Program-made: the position numbers and the translations under genes
Source of the DNA: Chara braunii
Lineage: Eukaryota; Plantae; Charophyceae
DNA length: 64,000 bases
Assembly: GCA_003427395.1 (NCBI GenBank)
Contig: BFEA01000024.1
Coordinates: forward strand, 2,586,421-2,650,420
Reading direction: 5' to 3'
Shown here: piece after piece, positions 1 through 14,230 of the stretch
How positions within the stretch are numbered: position 1 is the first letter of the stretch
Layout: every line of letters starts with the position of its first letter
Notes under the pieces: generated by a model
Seen by the model: only the letters and a program-made list of their open reading frames with translations
Database searches by the model: none
What the model was told of the DNA's origin: nothing

Positions 1-3000
1 TGAAAATCGAACACAGTCAAACCCTCACAGGTCAGAGCAGTCAGGCCACCTGAACTTATAGAACAGTCCGACCCTCCATGCAAAACTATAGCACTGAGTC
101 TCTCCAAACTTATGGGGACATCCCAGCCTCCAGAGCAATCAGACCCCCTAAACTTATAGAAGGGTCTGACGCTCCATGCAAACCAAAATAAACAAAGCAC
201 TGGGTCTCCCTAAACTTATGGGGACCTCCCATCCTTATTGACCCAGTCAACCATTACGCAAAACAACCCACAATCCTGCCTTTCCCAGAAACAATTCCTT
301 TTAACAATCTGCTTTCATACAACCAACAAAGCTTGAAACTGAGTTTGAACGGACATTCCTTTACTTGGTCTGATTCAGTGTCCTGAAAGTCAAACAAAAG
401 TCAGAGTAAGGCTGCACACCATATACTAAGTCAGAGATGCAATGGAAAATACAGGTAGGGGTTATAGCTGGGTTTATAGAGGGAACAGAATGGTTACCTT
501 TTAATTCCCTGCCTCCATAACTCCTCCTGAGTTCCGGCAAAGCTCCCGCAATCGGTGGGATGACTCCCCAAAGAGTCTTGTTGCGGTCCTACGGGTTGCA
601 ATCCCACCTGCCGCCTTCCTCTCAGAACCAGTAGACTAGACTTAGAATAAGAAGGGCAGAAGTAGAGACATTAAGACCCTCAGATACCAGAGAGGTGCTC
701 TCAAACTTTCGCGAGAGGGCCTTGTTACCTTCCTTCGGCTGAGGGCCCAGCAATGCCGGCCAACCGACAGCTTGGTCAACGAAGCCAATCTCCCAAAGTA
801 GCCCTCTGCCAACCTCCCAAATCACAACACTAACCTCCCTTCCCAGGCTCAGTCACCCCTCTAAGTCCAGCCGCCGCTGCACAGCAAGCTGCAACAATCA
901 GCAATAGTTAGCGGCAGTATGCAATAGTGCGCAACAACGAACAGCAGGCAGCATCAGTATGCAGCTGCCAGCAGTCGGCCACAGCTCATGCACATCCAAC
1001 AGAAGCAGCAGCTTGTGCACCGTACGTATCAGCAGTTCGTGCGGCCAGCAACAACTAGTAGCAGTTCCAACAGAGAGGCTCGAGCATACCGCACAGTCCG
1101 ACTAAGTCCGCCGCATCCGTTCACCCAAGTGATTGCCAATAGCACTGTTCTCACTGGTTTGAGTGCTAACGGCCCCGCAATGGCAGCCAGAATACGCAGT
1201 CGCCGGTCAATTTGCGGTCAGACCGTTGACAAACGGCACCCTGGCGAAGCGTCAAGTCACAGTGGTAATCCCCCCCACTTCTCTGTAACAAGGCTGCAGT
1301 CATGTGATCCCACCAGCCGCATTCAGCTCGTGAGGCACCCTGTAAATAAGCTCAGCAACCACTAAAGTGGGCACGTAAAACACTGCCAGCTGAGTCACTG
1401 CGCGCAAGAACATGGTACTGCAGAGAACGACAACGACTATGGCAGCATCTACGGGTACAGGGATTCCAGTAACAGGTACTATGCACAGCTTGATCCTTGC
1501 TACTCTCAATCAATATGATGGGGCTTGTTCCAGTCAACTCGGTGAACCTGCATTCTTGCTCCACTTGACTGTCCTTCCTTCGTCAGATAGGAAGAGTAGC
1601 GTACTAGCCCACTGGTGAGGCTTCAACTAGTAGTTCACCTGCAGTCCCTCCATCCAAGTTGTGCAGTACTTTGACTAGCCAAGAAGTCTTCCGGCCCCGT
1701 GGCCCCCCTTCTTGCCGCTATAGCTAACGAGTCGTAGCGGCACGCTGGTCAACAGATAGGCCCCCGTGGTTGGCCTACAGCAGCCTCGCTTGTCTACGTA
1801 GGATGGACGCGAACTGAGCCCAAGATCTCGTGGATGCTACTTGGGTACTCACGCCACCCGGAGTTGGCCACTAAGTTCAACTCCGCATCTGCCGTTGTCC
1901 GACACTCAGCTTGAAACGGATCTGTCAATGGTGTATGGGTCGATATATGGCCAAGCTTACCCCGTCCCGTAGCCCCGACGCCATAGCTCACCCCTTTCTT
2001 TCGCTTCGTGTCCCCGATTTCCCGGTGACTACTCCCCCTCCCTCTTTTCAACAATCACAGGAATGAAGCCGCTTGAATCTCCCGCCAGATCCCCGACGGA
2101 TACACCTCCGTTCCTTCAGCTCTATGCGTCCGGTCGACCACCCACGAACTGTGAAAAATGAGAATGAATCTTCCACTAGAACGCGGAAAGGTACATTGGT
2201 ATCTTTCGGAACTCTCAACCCTCCCCCTCTCCGTATGCGGCCTAAGGTACGTCGCACAACCTCCCGCCTTCTCTCGTTGCTTTCCTCTCCCTCTGCTCCG
2301 TTGCTCCTCCTCTCTGCCGTAACGCCCAGTATGCGAGTGTATTTGGCCACTTGCTCCACTTGATTAAGTCAAAGTGAGGGGGGCTAAACGGCGAGGAGAA
2401 AAAGTTCTTAGATTGCAACGACGGGAAGGAAACCTTCCTCATGATCGAGAGAAGGTAAGGCACAGGGGATAAGCATCACCTCTAGGTGAGTAAGGAAAAA
2501 AGAAAAGAGGAAAAGAAAAAAAGAAACAAAGGGGGATGGATTTCTTCGCTAAAATCGGGTAGGTTCATTGTTGTTTTTCACAGCATCCTCCCAGACGCAG
2601 CTTCTTTATTAACAATCTCAAAAACTAACTACTAAACTCTAAATCTAACACTACCATTTGATTCGCCTCATTCCCAAACCCCAGTTTCGCATTTTATCCC
2701 GCTCGAATCCATCGAGAATCGAGCGGGATTCAAAACTTTCACTCCCGCTATCATCCCTCCCGCCATAGTTCGACACCCCACCTTTTCTACTCACATCTTC
2801 ATCTACTAAATGTCTTCCGAATCCAACTTCGGATCTGGGGTCGCCCACCCCGAGAACCCCTGATTCAGGTCCTCCTCCGGCTGATTCCGTCCAAAAATGT
2901 GGGTTACACACTCCTCTCCTCTTCTTCCTTCCCTTTCGCCATGGTTGAGCGCAGTCTACCCTTCTTACTAACCTCTACCTACTCACTTCCAGACTAAACT

Positions 3001-5071
3001 AACGTGAGATTCGGGGTCGCCCACCCCGGAAACCCCTAGCTACACCTTTTCCTTGCCTGTTTTTGCCGAGGCTCGAGTAGTGTCCTCGATTTCCCTTTTC
3101 CTCCATACCCGCCATCACCAACAGCTCCGCGCACACCTTCTCTTCTCTATCTCTCTTCCTACTAACCTTTCACTAAATCTAATCCTACTAATAAGCTCTC
3201 CCTACCCCGAATCTTCAGAATCGCCTCTTCTCCCGCTCGATTCCGACGAGGATCGAGAGAGCTAAGCTCTTTTTGCTGCGCCCCACCTACCTCCCCGCCA
3301 TCTCCAGTTTCGACCACATCTGGCTTGAAAACGAGCCAGATCCATCCGCCTTCTTGCCTCACTATCCGTCTGCACCACCTTTCCTTGCCTCACTCCCCGA
3401 CTCTACGGCTACGCAGCCACTTCGGCAATCGCCTTGCGCTGTCTGCCCGCCCGCTGCCCTGTTCTGCTTCTTCATTCGGTTTACACGTATCCGACGCCGC
3501 TGCCCCTCCTCTATGTCGGCCCTCCGTGCTCTACTCCCCAGCGCAAAGCTGCGCTCCAATGCCGACACCTTCACAGGTGCGGGCCGATACTGCCTATGGA
3601 GGCATTCACGAAAGCCGCAGGGAGTGTATAACAACTCACGTGCCGAACCCTTCAGTCCCTGGCGTCTCAGCGCTCGGTCCCACCGCTATGTGGTGGCGCT
3701 GCTCAACAGCCCGAGCTACCCTGGGGAAAACTTCGAAGAGGACCAGCTACTAGACGGTTCGATTAGTCTTTCGCCCCTATACCCAAGACCCGACAACTGG
3801 TCGACAACTGGTCGGCACGGCAGCGCTACTGCTGCCTTGCCATTGCCTCCTCCGCCCTCTTCCTTAAGGCAGGGCCTTCCACCTCTTCGGCCTTGCAACA
3901 GATAGGGCCCACCTTAGTTTCTCTCGACACCCCGCAAGGTCGCAAATGCGGGCCAGTTGCAAACCTAAGTGTGGCCTGGGTGAGGACGGGTCCGGTGCCA
4001 GCCTCGATAGTAGTAGCACATATTCAAGTGAGAACTTTGAAGTCCGAGGTGGGGCAGAGTCCCGCGGGCATACTTATGTCCAACCTCTCCACCGCGGACG
4101 GCAGGGAACAAACGGTACTCCTGCGGAAAAGGTCCCGCCACTCAAGTTTCTTCCGCCTTGTGGGCTAATCACCCACCGACTTGCATGCACGTTCGTATTC
4201 TCAAGAGGACGAAAGAGAGGAACTTTGCCAATCATGATATCCCGAGCACGCGGAATCCCAAAGGAGGTGCCCGCTCAAGGTCCTCGACTACCAAGACGGC
4301 CTCCAAATCCAACGTTATGTCCGAGTCAAGGGACGCCAGCCTCACCAGGGCATAAGAATAGAGCTAGTATGACATCTAAATAATAAATTATTTAAAAAAA
4401 TTTAATCGTCAGCATATAATAAAAATCGAGAAAAAAAACAGGAGACCGCTAGCATCGTCCCAACGCCACTGATGACAAAACCAAGGGGGATAGCCCCGCC
4501 GGCCTCTCGCGCCACTCCAATGCTTCCGCGTCGTCGCCACTCGACCTCGATCCCTGAACCTCCTTGACGAAAATCCGATACTGTAACGAATAGCGCTAGG
4601 CCCAAGGCTGGGTCTAGCTCTGACGATAGCCTAAACAAGGGGATACCGTACGACGCGCCAATCTATCGAAACGTTCTAACCCCGCACATTGGCCTATTAA
4701 CCGTACTGTCGCCCGCCAGCCTCCGCGCCCACTGCGCGACTTATGCCGAAGCATGCCGCCGTCGACGTCGTCCTCCATATGCATGCGCAGGTCACAGGTA
4801 AACGCACCAATCAGAGAGCAAAACCTTTTTAATCCTAGTTCAATCAGGGATAAATCCGGCTGGCGATCACGCTGACTCTTCAATCATCAACAAAATAAAA
4901 GGATCACGCGCGCCTCAAATCCGCGTGCCCACACACTCCTTATTCTAGTCAACCATCAGCCACATACACAGCAGACACTGTCGCGACTCTCGCGGTATAC
5001 TCAAACCTTAAACTTATTTTTGTCACTTGCAAAACCCAGGGTGGATACCCTTGTAAGGGTATTCGCGCCAA
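1..5071. repeat. Copy 1 of a direct repeat of at least 5 kb (left end outside window); possible giant LTR or segmental duplication
   Basis: 1-1703 matches 13987-15659, 1717-4540 matches 15660-18471 in reverse, and 4544-5071 matches 18472-18998. Paired near-identical ORF-track peptides confirm this (e.g. MHIQQKQQL.. at 988 and MHIQQKQHL.. at 14944). Confidence 0.95.
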
Positions 5072-6174
5072 TAGCTTACCGGACCAAGCGACGTCCCCGT
5101 CGCTTCGCCAAATCAGAAAGTTATAAAATCATCCACACTCCACATGCTGATGAAAAAGGAGTCAATCCAATTAGCCGACAAACATAGGGTAGAGGCCTCC
5201 ATCAAACCATGCCTTCACAACTATATGCTGCCAGTTTTCTAACCCGGGCCCCTGATCGCCCAGACATTAGGACACTAACAACATAAGTTCCAAAGACCTT
5301 CCCAATCGTCCTCTCCCCGGTCCTAGACAACCTTCGGTTTCTCGTTGGGTGTCCCTAGTCCTGGCCAAAACTAGGGACGCGGGCCTTAACCGAGACCTTT
5401 GAAGGCACTCTCGCCTTCCTTCTCATAAAATCTCTCGCAATCAAATACACATACGTATATATGTATATTTAATATTCACTCAGCTCTTTCTGCAGTCTAG
5501 TATAAAAAGGCTAGGTTTCCATCTTGGCCTACCATAGCCTAGCTGATCGGACCAGGACCACGGCCCACCGCATTGTTATTTAGCGGCAGTACCCACGTTG
5601 GTTACGCAACGATAGGTTTTCTCCTGATAATCATTCAAACAGGATTCCCCCAAAATTATCAACCTTCACTACCTCACGGAGTAATTTTCCTGGGGCTGGC
5701 AACTCCCCTTAAGCTCTTACCCCGCGGTCCCGCAGCTAGGTTGCGCCGGCTAGCAGCCATCCACTGGGGTTACGCCCTCGTGGCGCTAAACTTTTACCAT
5801 TAGCTTGGTCTTCTTCAATATGTCCCAGAACTAGCACAAGTGGTTAGACGGAGCGTCGCAAAACAAAATCACAGGCCCACTGCGCGATTACATAGGGGTC
5901 TGAAGGCATTTACCAGCCCTCCCACAAAACGGCATGGCATCCTTCGCACGCTCACAAACAAAATCACCGCTAGGTCCACAAGGCCGTGACCCCTAACTTG
6001 ATCAGAGCCAGCAGTCACTCATCCTGAGACATCTCTCGCCCTGCACTCATTGCGACCTTCTCAAACATTCCAAGCAAATGTGGCCCTTTTCGTCAGACTT
6101 TATCACTCATCAGACAACTTACCATGCCATAAATCCGTTTACCCACCTTTGAAGGTGAGTCTTCCAGCAATAAA

Positions 6175-6320
6175 ACCATCCCCCTTCCCAAAAATCTAAG
6201 GGGGTCTCATCATAAAACAGAACATCCCCTCCTCCAAAAATCCGAGGGGGTCTCATCATAACACACAACATCCCCTTCTCCAAAAATCAAGGGGGTCTCA
6301 TTATAGAACAAAACATCACT
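6175..6320. repeat. About 46-47-bp tandem repeat, about 3 copies
   Basis: CATCCCC..CCAAAAATC..GGGGGTCTCAT.ATA recurs at about 6177, 6224 and 6269. Confidence 0.85.
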
Positions 6321-7619
6321 GAGAGACCATCTTATGGGTCCTCGTCACAATTTAACAATCAATAACCAGCATGGTAAGCATTCGAGTCTCAAGGATTCAT
6401 AAATCTTCTAAAAACTCTCACAATTTTTCACAAACAGACTGCCCTCCCTCCCCTTATACTATGCCCCATGAACTGCCCGTAAGCAGGTCGCACGAGTATA
6501 CCGAGGAGTAGACATTTTTACATAGCACACATTCATAAACATGAGGCGCACCCAAAACATCTCCCATACAAAGCCATCACACATCAGGATAAAGTTACAC
6601 AAGTGAGAGTGATAGTGATTGTCATAAACAAGGAATAGTCTCAGAAGTCTCCGCTCAATATACCCTCAGAGGTAGGACATCCTACCCAAAGAATCATAGC
6701 AAAAGGTAGTCTTGAGTTCGTACACAGTTGAACAGATCCCAACTTAAATCAACCCCGATATCACACAAATTTCATAACCTCTCCGGCCAGGGTCAAACTG
6801 AAACGGTCTTAATCATAAAACAGTCGTATCCCTCGACTCAGAGGAATCCAAGCAAACTCAAGACATACAAAAAATATCCAGAGGCGAAGAGGAAACACAC
6901 TAGGCCTCAATCAACAAAAAGCTTATAATTGTCTCGAATCAAACTGTTATACGTGCTTCCCTCTCATATACAAGCATATAAACGGATATACCCCCTCAAC
7001 TCAAGGCAATACCCTTAAAAATACGTATGTACAAAAATTAGGCAAGTACGACATTCAAAAAGTAAATCAAAGTCTCTAATCAGAGCATACTCTGCCCTCC
7101 AGACTATATTCCAAGATCATAAGCTCAATAAAATCTTTCCCTCGACAACTTATACACACATGACGCTCGCTCTCATACTTAAATCATACTCTAACCATTC
7201 TAGTCTTGAGTAGACATAAGAGTTTCTGATGCGATTCTCCAATTCGACCTGAAACCCTTTATGATACAACATATACACACAATACTATAAATACTTGCAC
7301 CCACATCTTCTAATTATTCGGTATATAGTCAGGGTCCTGCTGACTAAAATAAGGAGTTAGGATCACACAATCAATTAGCCTACTTTCCTAACTCCTATGT
7401 CCACGTATATACAACTGGACTTTATTAAAAGTGGCCCAAATGATCTAAGGTCAATTTCTGGTTGAAAGCGTCTCAAGTCTAGTGGTTAAGGCTAGTTTCC
7501 TTCTTTCACTATTGTACTCTCCCTAGCCTTACCCCTTTACCGTCTTTCATGTCATCCATACAGCAACATTCGAAATTTTAATCACCCTGCTTTACTTTTA
7601 GGGGTACTAAACAATATAC

Positions 7620-8480
7620 AATTTACATAGACTGCTCTCAACGTTGGCCATAGACAGACAGTAATCATTGCTGCGAACGTCATTGACCCTCATCCCTTGT
7701 ACTACACAGTAAGACGGCCATAGACGAGCCCACGGGAGAAGCATTTAGCAGAATATCAGGACATTGCCTATCGTCCTGCCACTGCCCAAATTTCATCTCA
7801 GTCTTGAGCTCTCTCATCAGGGTCATGGGATCTAGCATAAGCGTCAACCACGTTGACCATATTCATAAACCCATGACAAAAGGGTAAGAACCTTAGGTCT
7901 AAGTATAGGCCATAAATCATTTCGCACGTATAACGTTTATACCCCCATTCTTGTGCCTTCAAGGCGGCTTCTGCTGCAGCTTCTACCCTTGCATGTCCTC
8001 CAGAACACTTCTTTATGAGAAAATATGGCAGAACGACTCTTAACGGGGTTGAAGGAAGTGCAAACTCTTCAGCACACTTAACCTCTACATGGGTCTCCAC
8101 CTGCTCTTCTCCTTCACGGACCATGTCTCTCGCTCATTTGGCTGCAGCTGCTTCAGCTACCATCAGGGGTCTCGTAAGCAGACTCTCATGCCCCAATGCC
8201 AACTCAATCTCATGCAGGACCCAGAATGATGGCGGGGCGTATATGGTCACCCTCTCAATCGCACAATCCTGACCATCATTAAGTCCAGACTCGATCCAGG
8301 CGAAGATATCCATATCCATCTGTATGCCCCACCAATAAGAAATATGTTCCCGCTCTTTAACCCGTCTTGGCAATGACATCTCGAGTCCGCCTTCCCTTTC
8401 AGCTGGCAAGGCCATATTGGGATATTCCCTAGCGTAAGGCATCCTGAGTTGCCTTTGCTATGTCTGGGTTCTGCCCATCA
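7620..8480 (-). pseudogene. Decayed ORF of unknown product between the two repeat copies
   Basis: ORFs 8134..8442 and 7798..8124 are in the same frame, separated by a single TGA (AAA TGA GCG AGA GAC ATG). The frame continues on both sides, interrupted only by TGA/TAG codons. No family recognised. Confidence 0.5.
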
Positions 8481-11400
8481 CAAACAAAAGTCCAACATAC
8501 GCCTTTCGTTATCATGCTGACAATCGCGTCCTACGATCTCAACTACTAAAGCCTTAACCTTAAATCACCTTTCACTAAAGTTTGTCAATTTCAACGCCTA
8601 GGACCATCCAACTCCGAAAAACTTACAATGGTAATATATCATAATAACTGTTCATTCACAGGTATCAAAAATATTTTATAATAATAATAACTCTTGGAAA
8701 ATGATATATCACTTTTTAGTAATTGACAAAAATAGTACTCGTAAAAATCAAATGCATCATACTCAGGCTAGTCAATCACTAGAACCATATACTTCCTCAT
8801 AATGATTGTCTATATCAGCAGGCATATCATATGATAGATATGTCATGATTAAAGATGGAATTGCCAACCAATAGCATTTTTAGACATAATAATAACAAGA
8901 ATATCACACTTTTACTCCGCAGCTTTGACAGAAGTATACTGTGGCGAGGGGCAGTGTAATCCTTTTTAGAATGGATAGCATCTCAAACCCATGAGCCCCG
9001 CTCAAGGATTAAGCCTCACTGCTGCTCCCTCCGATTCTAGCATTCATTCCTTGCAGACCTCTTTCGACAAGGTAAACAACCTCACCATACACGCTTCGGG
9101 GTGGTGCAACCCCGTCCTATGCTGGTGAACCCACTTGTCACAAAGAAAGTTGGGGATTCACCCCCTACTTTCACGTGGCATGTAGTAGTTGCTTCCCTCA
9201 TAGACCAAAGCCTAACAAGTTCCAAACACTTTCCTCCTTTTCAGTAGTAATGTAGTTGTTTTATCATAGAAGATATGACAACAACACCCCACTATGAACC
9301 AGGAACATAATTCCGGCGTGGGTCTCACTACTACTTACAAGACAATCTATATCTTCTTCAAGGTCATCCTTCAGGGAAACAATAATATAGGATTGTCACC
9401 TTCCTTAGGGCCGGCCTTACACATCGACCGCTCTACAAGACAATATCTTATCCCAAGGAAGTTGTCACTCCATTCACCTCTGAATCCACATCAGACGTGG
9501 ATTCTGTGTAATATCTCTACCCCTCCTTTGAAGAACAATCCAAACATATAACCTCATCAGTCAGTCATAAATCGATATTTGAATTTGAGACACTCATATA
9601 AATCCTCGCAGATCGATAGGTTCAAATCAGTACTTCAGATAAATAACATATGTGAATATTATAAAAAAGATTACCCATCAAACAAACTACATCAAGCATA
9701 TAGCCTCACATAAATAGACATAAAACAGGCTTATTCATAATAAAATCTGGCATATATGAATAAATTTAATATATAACTCAAAAGAATGTCCATGAGAAAA
9801 ATAGTCTCAAGTCCTTAGTTCGAGTTCCGTATAGGTTCAAGTGGATGGTCCAAACCTGAAAAGGTACAAGCGGAGGTCTAACATTATCTACATCTCATCG
9901 TCCTTGCGAAAGTAAATAAGATGACCTAATTGTAAGCCCCTTCACTGTCACTCTTACTGCCTCCCCGGTAAGATACCACTTTTGTAGACTAGATGTCATA
10001 CAAATCTATTATCTTTTATGGTTATATAGATTGATCAACCGCTTAGAATCCAGACTCAAACATCTAAGTCCATACTCATAACATCTTTCATCTTTCCTTA
10101 ACCTACCTCTCCTCAAAGCGCAACGTCCAACCTGACACTTAGGAGAGGATCTATACTTTCAACTCTTGGCAGAGGAATACTATCTCGCTCATCCTTAGCC
10201 TCCAACCACTCAAATGACTCTTATAGCAGTCAAAAGGGATACCTCATAGGGTCAACTCTCACAATAATCATGCTTAACCTTAGCCACGTCAAGCACGCAA
10301 AGCATCGTCCCAATCTGCCGGCCATCTGATAAGAAAAGTTATGAATTTCAGCTATCGTTATGCCAGTCAGGGCTCGTGAACACATAATCAAAACACTTAT
10401 CACTCTTGAGCCACTTATACAGCGTTAATCAAAACCAGATTGCGTCAATCAAAACGAAATCGCACATTCAACCCTCACTTCATGCTTTATCCAACACCAT
10501 CTGCAACCAACCATTTCATCTAAGTCAATCAATAAAGCAGAAACAATCATTCCGTCTGAGTCATCAACCTACCTCAAACCTAGGCTCGAACTTTAAGGAC
10601 TTCTTAGTCTAGCAACATCTCCAATGATAATCATAATATTAACAATTCGCTCATATAGTCTAACAAAAACTCATTGTTTGCCTATGTTCTCACTTCCAAT
10701 ACCCGGATGTCGTTCCACCAGGGACAACGTTAGGCAACCGTTATCCCCGACAACCGCGCCACCTGTCGAGCGCATCGGTCCAGCACCGCACCAGAAGGCA
10801 GCGCGGGACCCTCCCGGCCGCGTCACGCAGGAGTTGGTCTTTAAATCCTTCGTCGCGAATATACATGGAGCTTCCACAAAGCCGCTCCGGCTGAGTGCAC
10901 CAGCCATACCTCTCACGAGCCCCTACGACAGGATAGGGCCTACGCGAGGCACGACTTACCTCCACCTTACGGGAGTTGTCACCTTCCTTTGGTGGGCATA
11001 TCCCCGCCTAGCTACCAGTCCACAGTACGAAAGTTAATCGGTTGCAATCGCAAAGGTGGACCAGCCGAGGGCGTTTTCTCGTTCGTTGTAGCATAGGGGG
11101 TACGCGCGGTAATACGCCTCTATCGGACCCGCACACGAACCGACATCTTGGGGGGCTGAGGTCCCAAGCTCGACTCGTCGTCAGTCGACTAGGACGCATC
11201 CCACACACCACGCGTACACCACGCCAACAAACACAACAATAATAAAACACACACACACGCATACGAAACGACACAATACAAACAACGCGACAACGCTCCT
11301 AGCCCCTCGGTAGTCGTCCCATAACTTTCCGATGCAGAAAATCGGATAGGCGTCGCGTGCGAGACTTAGTATAAAACCGAGCGGACGCAGGGCCTACTCA

Positions 11401-12559
11401 TATCGACTAGCAATGCAAACGTACGCAAGCAGTCGCAATGATGGCGTACCATGTAGTACCCATACTCATGCGGTCTTCGTTAATCTCGAGGGTCGCATTC
11501 GACACTCAAGTGTCGGCTGACACGCGCCTTGAGGGTTAATCTATCGACGCTCAACAACCGTTAAGCGCGGTTGAAGACCACACACCCTCTTGTGCACTCT
11601 GTGCAGAGTGGGTGGTACACTGGTCCATACNTGTGGTGGCAGTCGTTTCTTACTGCCCTGGAGATGAACCCCACTCCAGGCCTGGACAGAAGTCAAGGGG
11701 TTTGACTTTGACGGTTGCCACCGACTACAACGTCCAACCATAAAATCTCTAAGAAGCAAAGGATAAAAGGGGATCTCCCTTTTCTCTCAAACACATAATC
11801 TGTTTAACCCTTACACGCGGTCACAATAGGCCGCACGAAACTCAACTCATATATATACACATATATAGAGAGGGTTATTAATATAGGACGATCACTTCTC
11901 ACAGTCACAGTGGGACTCCTCTTAGCCATATATATATGTACGTGAGCGCAGGCAGTCAAATCCCAAGTCCGAATCACCAAGCATACCTGCAATCACATCA
12001 AAGATTCAACCAGAAAGTCCATGCACTACACGGGGTCAACTTCAACCATTCTCTGCTCTCACACCCCTTGCTTTAGCCATGCAAACCTCAACCTCAGCGC
12101 AACGTCCCCGCAATAAAAATACTCGGTATCTTTGTTAAATGATCATTCAATAAAGTACGGGTAAAAACACAACAAAACAGATAAACCACAGGGCTAAAGC
12201 CTTTAGGTTGAGTGGCAGGAGTGAATTGGGGTTGAATCATAAACCGACGAATCGGCAACCGACCTGTTATCAGTGATAACAGAAGATGATCCTCAAGGGA
12301 TCAAGCTGAATCTAGTCCTTCACTTGAATCAAAACGATCAAGAGGACCTGTAACATATGACAGGTCAATGCCCCAGGCCAAACCTATAAGTCCATGGAGA
12401 ATAATCCCCATATCACGATCCTACTCAAGCATCATAATTCACTTTGCCTAAACCTACCTCTAAACCAGTGCCCAAAGCAAAGGTAGACTAATGGCAGAAT
12501 CTCCCCTATTCAGGGTGGACTATCAGAATCGTCACCTGTCAAAATATAATCGATCTCCC

Positions 12560-13120
12560 TTAAACTAAGAAAATTTTGGCAGCGCTTCCCGTAGAAAAAG
12601 TGTCTTTCCAGAATTTATATAAGTCCAAATATGAAAGCAGAAATAATCTTCAACTCTGGATAGTCAAATTCTGTCTAACTCCCTAAATTAGTAAAAATTT
12701 GTGCAGCACTCCCTTTAGAAAGGGAGACTTCCCAGATTTACACTAAGTCAGATATGAACTCAAAAGATAACTTGAGTCCAACTTAGACAAGATTTAACCA
12801 CCTTCTTAGTTTTGCATAAATTTCGGCAGCACTCCCTTTAGAAAGGTGCTATTCCAAAATTTATACAAAGCCAATTCCAAAATTTAAGTATAACTTTGAC
12901 TTCTCAAAGTCCAATTTTGTCTAACTCTCTGAACTAGCAAAAATTTTGGCAGCACTCCCTTTAGAAAATGAGACTTTCCAGATTTTTACTATGTCATATA
13001 TAAAGAAAAGACAAGTTGAATTTTGACAAGTCAAAGATGGACTTACTCCTTGGATTTGTAAAAATTTCGGCAACGCTTCCCGTAGAGAAAGTAGCTTGCC
13101 AAGATTTATACAAAGCCAAG
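12560..13120. repeat. Degenerate tandem array, period about 123 bp, about 5 units
   Basis: AAAATTT(T/C)GGCAGC(A/G)CT(C/T)CC(T/G)T(T)AGAAA...CCAGATTT recurs near 12571, 12694, 12818, 12940 and 13061. Confidence 0.8.
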
Positions 13121-13399
13121 TACAAAAAATGATCCCAGATAATGCAAGAATTGACCTAAGTAAAAAAAAAAAACTATCACAGAAAATGCAGGAATCGAAA
13201 CTAACTCCTATGGCTCCAACACACGGCGAACAGCTAAAGCAACTACCTATCAAACTGAAACTCAGACAAGTAGTGATCTCACTCCGCCACGTGCAGGCCA
13301 AACCACAAAGGTAAGTACTCTCACTAACCCAAGTTCATCTGAGCAAAACAATAGTTCATGATCTTTCAGTAATTTAACCCTTTATACCCAGCTTTCATA

Positions 13400-14230
13400 A
13401 GGCATAAGGTCAGGCCACCCAAACTTATGGAATGAGCCTAACTTGCCAAAGAGTATACACAAACAGAGGGCACGACTACTTCTCTCTTCTTTGGGCATAT
13501 GACTAAACCATTCTAGCCGCCCTAACTTAAGTCCAGCCTGCCCCAGTTCACCATCAATTTTATTCTTAGTTATACTCTCTTCAAGTTGTGATAGGCTATA
13601 GTCAGACCACCTAAACTTATAGAACAGTTTGATTAGCTCGTTCTTAGATTGAATAGTAGTAACGTATAGCCAAGTTATAACCATTGGGTTTCGGCATGTG
13701 CGAGGCTTTGAGTCAGACCCCCTGAACTTACAGAAGGATCTAGCTCTCTGCCAATTTCATTTCTCTCTGAATCACCATGTGTGTTGCATTGAGTCAGCCC
13801 CCCTGAACTTACAGAAGGGTCTGCCCTTTGCCAAGATTACTGCTTCAGAATAAAAAGCAGGAACAGACTGAGCCACCTGAACTTACAGAACAACTCGGCC
13901 CTCTCGTTCACAAACAAAGAAACTTAAGAAAATCCAAGAAGCAAGGCAACTCAGGGTACCTAAACTTATAGAGCGCCCTGAGCTCCTAAAAATCGAACAC
14001 AGTCAAACCCTCACAGGTCAGAGCAGTCAGGCCACCTGAACTTATAGAACAGTCCGACCCTCCATGCAAAACTATAGCACTAGGTCTCCCCAAACTTATG
14101 GGGACATCCCAACCTCCAGAGCAATCAGACCCCCTAAACTTATAGAAGGGTCTGACGCTCCATGCAAACCAAGATAAACAAAGCACTGGGTCTCCCAAAC
14201 TTATGGGGACCTCCCAGCCTTATTGACCCA
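13400..14230. repeat. Degenerate short-repeat tract (CCC(C)T(G/A)AACTTA(T/C)(A/G)G motif), also at 40-230
   Basis: More than 10 recurrences of cctgaacttatagaa / cccaaacttatggg. Confidence 0.75.

Noticed and set aside
3273-3905. 210-aa ORF, with counterpart 16026..16913
   Set aside because: No recognisable domain, frameshifted in the other copy, and a GC-rich region with several overlapping ORFs; not supportable as a gene.
6088-6113. Minus-strand CTGATGA...GACGAAA hammerhead-like core
   Set aside because: Stem II pairs for only 2 bp, and no stem I, stem III or UH site could be built.
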